This document shows positions 58,701-64,000 of a stretch of 64,000 nt of DNA, piece by piece; the stretch's first letter is position 1, and each line of letters starts with the position of its first letter. The notes below the pieces were generated by a model. It was not told the origin of the DNA, ran no database searches, and worked only from the letters and a program-made list of their open reading frames with translations. Source of the DNA: a virus; IMG/VR virus record IMGVR_UViG_3300044539_000111, positions 32,001 through 96,000 of that record, one strand, 5' to 3'. The position numbers and the translations under genes are program-made.

Positions 58701-60707
58701 GTGATTTTTAGGTTCAACATAAGAACCCTGACTTTCTCCCCATGCAGCACCGTAAATTTTTACTTCATCATCTACCAAAAACGGTCTTGCAAACATTGTG
58801 TCTGGAGAATGAAAAGTAAAATGTTTTTTGCTGTAATCCGCATTAGGAGTGTAGTTTATTAGCCCACCTTGAAGTGGTTCATAACTAGTTGGCAATGTAT
58901 TTGATGAAATAAACGGATCTGGTCTTAAATCATTAAATGGATAATTTGCATATAGTGCTTTTCTATTTGTTACCAAATTAGGAGCATCATATTCAAACAT
59001 ATTATTAATAAGCCCTTTATACAAAACTGTTTTTGCACCAGTTCTGTTTCCTCTTAATATTTCATATCCAACAATATTTGTTATTAAATTTCCATTGTTG
59101 TCTTTTGGTGGTTGAATGTTATCAAATCTAACACCCATAATTCTAATTTTATCACCCCCGTCTTTGTAGTGATTGGTAAGTGTATTAGTAGAACCACCTG
59201 ATGTAATTACATTTTCTGGAAACTTATGGTGACGTATTGGTTGGCCACATAAATTCCAATCAGGTCTACCTGGTACAAAAGAGTTCCAAATTTCTGGATG
59301 TTTGTCATCATACAGTTCAATTGATTCCCAATAACCCATTTGTCCTTCAGCAACTAAAAGTCCACCATCAGGTAATGTTGTATTTGGAGTTGATATTAAA
59401 CTTGCAGTATTATAAACTTCAAAAACTCTTGGTGTGTAATCAGGAGATTCAATATCATTAATTGTAGTTGGACAAGGAGCAATTTCAGATATAGCTCCTG
59501 CGTTTCCACCTGCATCATTGGTTAAAAAGAATTGACCAGCACCGCGACCTGGGATATGATAACTATTTGATTTATCTCCTGTATTGTAAACCCAGCGTAT
59601 AAAAAAGCCATACACTTCATCGCGCATGTAACCAATATTGGTTCCACCATTTTTGTAGTATTCATTTTTATATTCTACACATTGCCAAAATGTACCAATT
59701 TGATTTGCCAAAGGTTGATAGTTAAAATCAAACTTTGTTGTTGGCCCAACTCTTAATGCATATTGACCAACACTAAATATTGCTTCAGACTTATCTGGAA
59801 TTGGTGTTATTATTGTTAGATCAGCTAATGGTACTACGGGTAATGTAATGTCAATGTAATCTATAGAAACAACATTTTGTCTGGTGCTATAGATACCAAT
59901 CTTTCTAGCTACTGTTTTTTCATTTATGGTTGAAATTAAAACCAACTCATAACTGTCAAAGGCTGTGTCTAGATTAGATACATAGATATCTATGGAACTA
60001 TTAACATTTGTATGATCAAACAGAGATAAAGCATTTGATGGAATAAAGTAATCTGTTACTCTTTGGTCATCTACCAAATAAGCTACTTGCGCTTGATATG
60101 AGCCATTTAAAATACTTGCAACACCTTTTCCCTTAACTATGTTTACACAAGGTGTTTCTATGAAAGATTCTAGTCTTATTTTATCACAATCTAAATCGGT
60201 GGTATCAACACATGTTGTACAACCATTTACTGTTGTACAAACTTGTATCCAAGGAACCGCTCCAATATCCAATACTCTTGATACATTGCGCCCATCATCC
60301 CAGTAAGCATTAAATGAACAATCAAATGTTGCCCTAGTAATTCCCTTTATTAAATTGTCTGTGCTAAAATTTAAACACTTGTCATTCACTAATGTGCTAT
60401 AAGAGCAATTACCTTCTTTAAAAATTCCTATTTCAGAATCAGTGTTGTTTGTAGAAAACATTAACCATCTATCTTCTTCAATATGCAAAGCTCCAATAAT
60501 TGTGTATGGAGCAAACGTACAGAAGTTATTAGCTGGCTCAGTACTCAATTTACCTAAGTCACCTTTTCTTGTATTGTTGATTGCGTTTCTTGCATAAGTC
60601 CATGAGTTTTCCGGTAAATGAAAATCACTTGTATCAGTTACAAGTGATTTATCAAATGTTCCTTGACTCTTAAATGTAGAACTACCTGCACTTCTTTGCT
60701 TTGCCAT
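55800..60707 (-). CDS. Tail nozzle/muzzle ('stabilization', P22 gp10-like) protein, 1635 aa
   Basis: Beta-rich; WTYARNA, YMRDEVYGFFIRW, PIRHHKFP, FGGDTYI, WTLSY...SFHDW; follows two ring-protein genes as in crAss-like tails. Confidence 0.75.
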   Translation of the reverse strand: MAKQRSAGSSTFKSQGTFDKSLVTDTSDFHLPENSWTYARNAINNTRKGDLGKLSTEPANNFCTFAPYTIIGALHIEEDRWLMFSTNNTDSEIGIFKEGNCSYSTLVNDKCLNFSTDNLIKGITRATFDCSFNAYWDDGRNVSRVLDIGAVPWIQVCTTVNGCTTCVDTTDLDCDKIRLESFIETPCVNIVKGKGVASILNGSYQAQVAYLVDDQRVTDYFIPSNALSLFDHTNVNSSIDIYVSNLDTAFDSYELVLISTINEKTVARKIGIYSTRQNVVSIDYIDITLPVVPLADLTIITPIPDKSEAIFSVGQYALRVGPTTKFDFNYQPLANQIGTFWQCVEYKNEYYKNGGTNIGYMRDEVYGFFIRWVYNTGDKSNSYHIPGRGAGQFFLTNDAGGNAGAISEIAPCPTTINDIESPDYTPRVFEVYNTASLISTPNTTLPDGGLLVAEGQMGYWESIELYDDKHPEIWNSFVPGRPDWNLCGQPIRHHKFPENVITSGGSTNTLTNHYKDGGDKIRIMGVRFDNIQPPKDNNGNLITNIVGYEILRGNRTGAKTVLYKGLINNMFEYDAPNLVTNRKALYANYPFNDLRPDPFISSNTLPTSYEPLQGGLINYTPNADYSKKHFTFHSPDTMFARPFLVDDEVKIYGAAWGESQGSYVEPKNHPRHKFITDVSFITGIVVGFGYAISKMLGSRDIKYRGYQIDSDPIFAGSSTSTGNIIPVGVALTAAQAAAINTIGVQGMGDALTGQNSGIASITGSSQGALLTASRTSAQIPSTGVTSGYLEITYKDQDAGPGILKAALLALGNPMFLSYLAGGADTTYKLIESLGAWQQFALQYQALCKYENFAAPYANNRRRRVNDARYLNPGVQDYQTNYIVNHIYRNETVMFDTPVDIENITGAIVDVSRPPRLSAMPADRHLDNFSRRASSHYVALKTRLRNQYGQLQSIRQLMVSSCVTPIALTNSPTLFGGDTYIGKYSEKNTLFYFQQWLDGQPDGAILNYNKQKMFEWTAFWMDTDPFDLMEFVQSVPGALQSAILAGSLSTFFSTLVTPSDKHCFDRLPGQNGVFLLKRAFMYLFNSGVRDFFVESEFNIDMRDWQDTDAKKHYPVLSDLRTLFNMNLIKADNYYQIDRSLSWSFMASQKIPWGVMQGRDYNPLLSETCYTKYPRRLLYSLPQTAAANNISLAKKDQWRVFLPNNYADYESNVTSVKSINRTAALILFENQAPGMLPGVDEMQTQSGANITIGDGRLFARQLQQLSNSENSYEYASCQSRLSVLNTPAGVFWMNLNQGKIFCYAGGLKEISLKGNRFWLNIYLPYKLLEDFPTYSVTDNPVAGIGCQTIYDNEYSLVYFCKKDYRLKKNLPVTVEYMGGSKFLINGVFIAKTGDPLYFDDCSWTLSYDPKIEEFVSFHDWHPDLSLGAKNTFLTTNDNGIWKHNNICSKYCNYYGVDYPFEVEFQLDNKFAVATMRNVEYYIESYVYDERNCYDRFHVLDHGFDEATVYNSEQVSGVLKLHLNPKNNLPLLLTFPNIQTNYINILFSKEEQQYRFNQFWDVTNDRGEYSGAEERIWMTEDNGYIRTLNPANLNYDKQEFQRKKFRHFNNRVILRRTVNNNVEILVSLAASNQQLSHR

Positions 60708-60709
60708 AA

Positions 60710-61681
60710 CTAGTAGGATCTAAACATTGTATAAAAATTGTGATACTGAGCTTTTCTGTTTATTTCCCAGATACGTCTTAGTTCACTAAAGTTAGGTGTA
60801 TTTACCAAACTGTATGCATTGTTTCTTGCAGCTTTTAATCTTGACTCTATGATTTGAATTTGGCTTCCATTTACAGTTTCACCATTCATAATCATATTCT
60901 CAAGTACGCGTTGTTTAATTGCATACTCATAAAACTCATTTAGCATATCATGATCAGGGACTAGTAAGTTCCCATCATCATCTTCCATCATTCCTTGGTA
61001 ATTTACATACAGCTTTCCTGTTTTAAAAGAAGTGTAAATAAATCCATCTTTAATATAAGCCGTGTCGCGTGCTTGCCATGTTTTGTTTGGACAATCTGGA
61101 TCTACAACATCAGGACTGTTTATCATTCTTATAGAACGCATAGTTGTCCATCTTCTTGTGTGGAATTTAAAGTGTTGTGTTAAAGCTACAAACTCTCCTT
61201 TGCAGTTTAATTTGACATCACCAATAGGTTTACACGAACAACTTTCATATTTGGATCCGCAGTCATTGCAACTATGTGGATGTGGAACAGCACAAGGTTC
61301 ACATCCTGGTTCTGTAGGAGCAAGTGCAGGAGAACACAAGTTTACATCAGTCCAATTCCCTGGATTATAAACCGGTCCTAAATTTACATTTTCAACATGC
61401 GTTCCTGAAATTAATGGCTCAATAATAAAATGATCCATTAACATAAATGCAAAATTTAACACTTGAAAATTATTAGGAAGTTTTGCTCTTCCTTTTTCAA
61501 TGTCAAGTACCACTTCTTTTGTTTTAAAAATCTTTAAGCCTAGTTCATAGTTACATCTTTTTGCAACTTTGATAAACTCTTGAGGATTAATAAAATCTTC
61601 CAGATAGTATTTTTTAAAATCAGATTGGATCTCAGCCAATAACTGATCATAAGTTCTATAGTTTAAAAATGTATTTGGCAT
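60710..61681 (-). CDS. Tail ring/tubular protein (P22 gp4-like) with a Cys-rich insert
   Basis: AYIKDGFIYTSFKTGKLYVNY...DDDGNLLVPD...YEYAIK; gene position. Confidence 0.7.
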   Translation of the reverse strand: MPNTFLNYRTYDQLLAEIQSDFKKYYLEDFINPQEFIKVAKRCNYELGLKIFKTKEVVLDIEKGRAKLPNNFQVLNFAFMLMDHFIIEPLISGTHVENVNLGPVYNPGNWTDVNLCSPALAPTEPGCEPCAVPHPHSCNDCGSKYESCSCKPIGDVKLNCKGEFVALTQHFKFHTRRWTTMRSIRMINSPDVVDPDCPNKTWQARDTAYIKDGFIYTSFKTGKLYVNYQGMMEDDDGNLLVPDHDMLNEFYEYAIKQRVLENMIMNGETVNGSQIQIIESRLKAARNNAYSLVNTPNFSELRRIWEINRKAQYHNFYTMFRSY

Positions 61682-61682
61682 C

Positions 61683-62354
61683 TTATCTCAGTATATTTTG
61701 TGAATTATCTCCAGTATCTGGTGGAAGTTTAGCAAGTGTCATTAACTCTTGCTGTGTCATTTGCTCAATTTCAGCAAACATGTAATCTGGAATTGTTACA
61801 TTTCTATCTTGAGCTTGTGTGCAATCAGAATCATTTTCATTACAAAAAGCATCAACTGGTTCTTCAAACATTCCTTCTACAGATACAGCATCCCAAACAA
61901 TATCTGGAAAATATAAGTAACCATTCTTGTACCAATAGTAGTGAGTTTTGTTGTATTTAAAATTTGTTGATTGTGTCATTGCAACATATACAGCAGTTAA
62001 ACATTGTTGAAATACATCACTGCCATCAATTGGCGCAATTGTTCTAAAGATAGGACCGTTACTTCCAGACATTAGTTTTGGAAGTTTCTTTTTAGTTCGC
62101 ATGATTTTGCAACCAGTTTTTATTCTAGCGCAGTCAGCTTCAATTCTGTCTACTTCAATTAACTCAACATACGGCAGTGTTTCAAACAAACTATCATATT
62201 GCATCAATTTGTTTTCTACATCTTGTCTTCTTATCAAAGCTTTTGAATACTTTATAAGCAAACTGTAAATAAAACGGTCAGTTAAAAATGCATCTTCATT
62301 TACTAACTTGAAGACATTTCTGATTCTTGATATGGATTCTCTTATTGTTGTCAT
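61683..62354 (-). CDS. Tail ring/tubular protein
   Basis: LTDRFIY, ELIEVD...C...MRTKKKLP, YYWYKNGYLYFP, EGMFEEP; gene position. Confidence 0.7.
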   Translation of the reverse strand: MTTIRESISRIRNVFKLVNEDAFLTDRFIYSLLIKYSKALIRRQDVENKLMQYDSLFETLPYVELIEVDRIEADCARIKTGCKIMRTKKKLPKLMSGSNGPIFRTIAPIDGSDVFQQCLTAVYVAMTQSTNFKYNKTHYYWYKNGYLYFPDIVWDAVSVEGMFEEPVDAFCNENDSDCTQAQDRNVTIPDYMFAEIEQMTQQELMTLAKLPPDTGDNSQNILR

Positions 62355-62356
62355 GG

Positions 62357-62848
62357 TTATATGTTAATATCAACAGTAGAATTATAGTTTACAGAAACGC
62401 ATCTGGCCCAATGCATTCTAAAATATGCACTAGCTTTTCTTCTAAACTGCTGAAGAGGATTAAATGAAAACATGTTAGCATTCTTCACCATAGTTCTTTT
62501 GGTGTGGTTAATATACACAATTCGCATCATGTTGTTATCTGTATCCCAATTTTTATGGTAAACGGTTTTTCCTGCTAGTTTTGAATTAGCATAGTCAATA
62601 GACTTGCCTTTTGCTTTTCCAGCATTATTAATAAACACAGCACCAATATTTTCAGGAAGTATTACTCCATAAATATTAGTCATTGTTTCTTCCGCCATGT
62701 TTGAATTAAATGCTCTCATGATCTTTATGATTGCAGACTTATCTAAATTGTACTTTGGGTGCAACTTATTAAAGTCTTTAACTTCTTTATAGTTAATAAC
62801 TTTCCCTTTTTTCTCAGTTACTCTTGGTTTATTTAAGTCAACCTCCAT
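62357..62848 (-). CDS. IHF/HU-like basic DNA-binding protein; start reassigned to ATG 62848
   Basis: Basic 163-aa protein with helices followed by VILPENIGAVFI; located upstream of the ring proteins as in crAss-like phages. The longer ORF-track start crosses a terminator. Confidence 0.55.
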   Translation of the reverse strand: MEVDLNKPRVTEKKGKVINYKEVKDFNKLHPKYNLDKSAIIKIMRAFNSNMAEETMTNIYGVILPENIGAVFINNAGKAKGKSIDYANSKLAGKTVYHKNWDTDNNMMRIVYINHTKRTMVKNANMFSFNPLQQFRRKASAYFRMHWARCVSVNYNSTVDINI

Positions 62849-62849
62849 A

Positions 62850-62863
62850 TAATATACTAATTT
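62850..62863 (-). promoter_or_regulatory. Candidate late promoter motif (AAATTAGTATATTA on the minus strand)
   Basis: Between the terminator and ATG 62848; core shared with 55758-55775. Confidence 0.35.
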
Positions 62864-62883
62864 ATCCTCAAAAATACAAATTA

Positions 62884-62918
62884 AATAATAAAACAAACCC
62901 CAGATTGCTCCGGGGTTC
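62884..62918 (-). terminator. Rho-independent terminator with a GCAA loop
   Basis: Minus strand reads GAACCCCGGA-GCAA-TCTGGGGTTT-GTTTTATTATT. Confidence 0.8.
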
Positions 62919-62960
62919 ATCCTAGTCAGCCACATAAACCAACCTTCTGTGACATTTTTT

Positions 62961-64000
62961 CTAACACACTGGTGTAGGTGTCGGTATTGTTGCAACGCAT
63001 GGTCCTATAAATCCGGTTAATCCATCTAAAATAATCCAAAATCCTCCAATTTCACTTGAATCATTTGCATTAATACTAATTGGATATTCTTCACTTGCTT
63101 TAAAAAACGGTTGTGCGTTTTGATTACTTGATGAAACACTGTCATGCACATTTGTTGCAAATTTAAAATCTGTAACTTGATCTCCTTGTGTCACATTAGA
63201 AACTACATAATTTAATGCAGATGTACTAAATGCTCCTGGGTTACATCCTGAAACAAAACTTTCTTCTAAATCTGCAAGACATCCCCATGACAACGTGCCT
63301 GTTGGTGAAATACCAACATTTGCAAAAGAAGTTAATACTGTATTGCAACTGCCTGTATCCATAGCTCTCCAGTTTAATCTCCATCCAAGACTATAACTGC
63401 CATCTAGAACATATCCGCTAGGTAAAACTGCAGCTGGAATTACACTAACTCCTTTATTAAAAGTTAAACCTCCAGATGTGCTTATATTAACTCCACCTAT
63501 TCCAGTATATGGTTTTTTACCATGTGCTGGTAATGATGATGATACAACACCCTCATAAGTGTTTGTGCCTGATTTATATAAAAATGTAACAACATCACCA
63601 ACTTTTGTATCATCTTCCAAAGGAATTACCACACTGCCTCTAAAATGTACAACATTTCCAATACGTCTTACTTGCGGTCTTTTAACAAGCATAGTAGGAT
63701 CAGTAGAATAATGATTAAAACCAAGTAAATCTACCCACCCTGTATCTTGCACATTTGCAGTTAATACACCTGCAGTATAACTAAGATCCACAGTTGTTGT
63801 GTCATCAACAGTTGTAGGTACTCCCGGAATACCTTGTGCACCAGCTGCGCCCGTGCTTCCAGCAGATCCTGTTGCACCACTCAAACCTTGCGGTCCTTGA
63901 CTTCCTTGTGGTCCAGGTGCGCCTTGTAGACCTTGCAGACCTTGTGGTCCTACGGGACCTTGTGGTCCTGCCGGTCCAACAAATCCTCTTGGGCCTTTTA
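62961..64000 (-). CDS. Collagen-repeat tail fibre/decoration protein, 5' end beyond the window
   Basis: The frame is open to the window end. It has 20 G-X-Y triplets, then a DTGWVDL...[11 protein letters not shown] fibre-head-like domain. Confidence 0.8.
   Translation of the reverse strand, partial: KGPRGFVGPAGPQGPVGPQGLQGLQGAPGPQGSQGPQGLSGATGSAGSTGAAGAQGIPGVPTTVDDTTTVDLSYTAGVLTANVQDTGWVDLLGFNHYSTDPTMLVKRPQVRRIGNVVHFRGSVVIPLEDDTKVGDVVTFLYKSGTNTYEGVVSSSLPAHGKKPYTGIGGVNISTSGGLTFNKGVSVIPAAVLPSGYVLDGSYSLGWRLNWRAMDTGSCNTVLTSFANVGISPTGTLSWGCLADLEESFVSGCNPGAFSTSALNYVVSNVTQGDQVTDFKFATNVHDSVSSSNQNAQPFFKASEEYPISINANDSSEIGGFWIILDGLTGFIGPCVATIPTPTPVC
63816..63995 (-). repeat. Collagen-like (Gly-X-Y)20 repeat
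   Basis: [60 protein letters not shown]. Confidence 0.9.

Noticed and set aside
1106-61960. Short antisense or out-of-frame ORFs in the track (for example 1106-1354, 11433-11786, 11485-11790, 13395-13772, 37063-37398, 42424-42777, 61062-61370)
   Set aside because: They are nested in well-supported genes, have shadow-frame composition (Ser/Phe/Leu-rich) and show no motifs.
5133-62995. Extended ORF-track starts at 5133, 10044, 12022, 13863, 16418, 16834 and 62995
   Set aside because: They use GTG/TTG or overlap upstream genes, hairpins or terminators; downstream ATGs with A/U-rich leaders fit better.
1-64000. Stop-codon reassignment (TAG or TGA), known in some crAss-like phages
   Set aside because: The giant ORFs are intact under code 11, and TAG/TGA end genes exactly at tight junctions (for example 411, 12053, 15657, 24307, 60710).
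1-64000. tRNAs, CRISPR arrays, integrase, transposase, reverse transcriptase/DGR
   Set aside because: No cloverleaf, repeat-spacer array or relevant catalytic motifs were seen, and intergenic space is minimal. A tRNAscan/Infernal run would confirm this.
1-64000. Impression of restriction-site avoidance (for example rare TCGA)
   Set aside because: It cannot be quantified by eye; k-mer observed/expected counts are needed.

Overview
This is a 64-kb piece of an AT-rich, tailed dsDNA phage genome with crAss-like (Crassvirales-type) organisation. The host is probably a Bacteroidota, because leaders are A/U-rich and lack Shine-Dalgarno sequences. The genetic code is standard. The plus strand (1-18291) is the replication/middle module: DnaB helicase C-terminus, Sak4-like ATPase, SSB-like protein, primase, metallopeptidase-vWA plus MoxR ATPase, PD-(D/E)xK nuclease, WGR protein, family-B DNA polymerase, DUF932-like acidic protein, Dda/RecD-like helicase, a cluster of small ORFs and a MazG-like pyrophosphatase. 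The minus strand (18284-64000) is a convergent virion module: collagen-repeat fibre, IHF-like protein, two tail ring proteins, a 1635-aa tail nozzle/muzzle, four cargo proteins, and three giant ejection proteins of 3130, 4113 and 2008 aa. The 4113-aa protein is the virion RNA polymerase (DFDID motif). The most striking observation, counted by eye, is that the three giants contain only four cysteines in 9251 residues. All four lie within four residues of the termini that face each other in gene order, which suggests head-to-tail disulfide chaining of the ejected proteins. Other candidates are a helical tag shared by four proteins around the MoxR-vWA locus, repeated xxGG motifs in cargo proteins, nested domain cassettes, nucleotide-related accessory domains on the RNAP, and several RNA hairpins. 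All family assignments come from motif recognition; no database searches were run.
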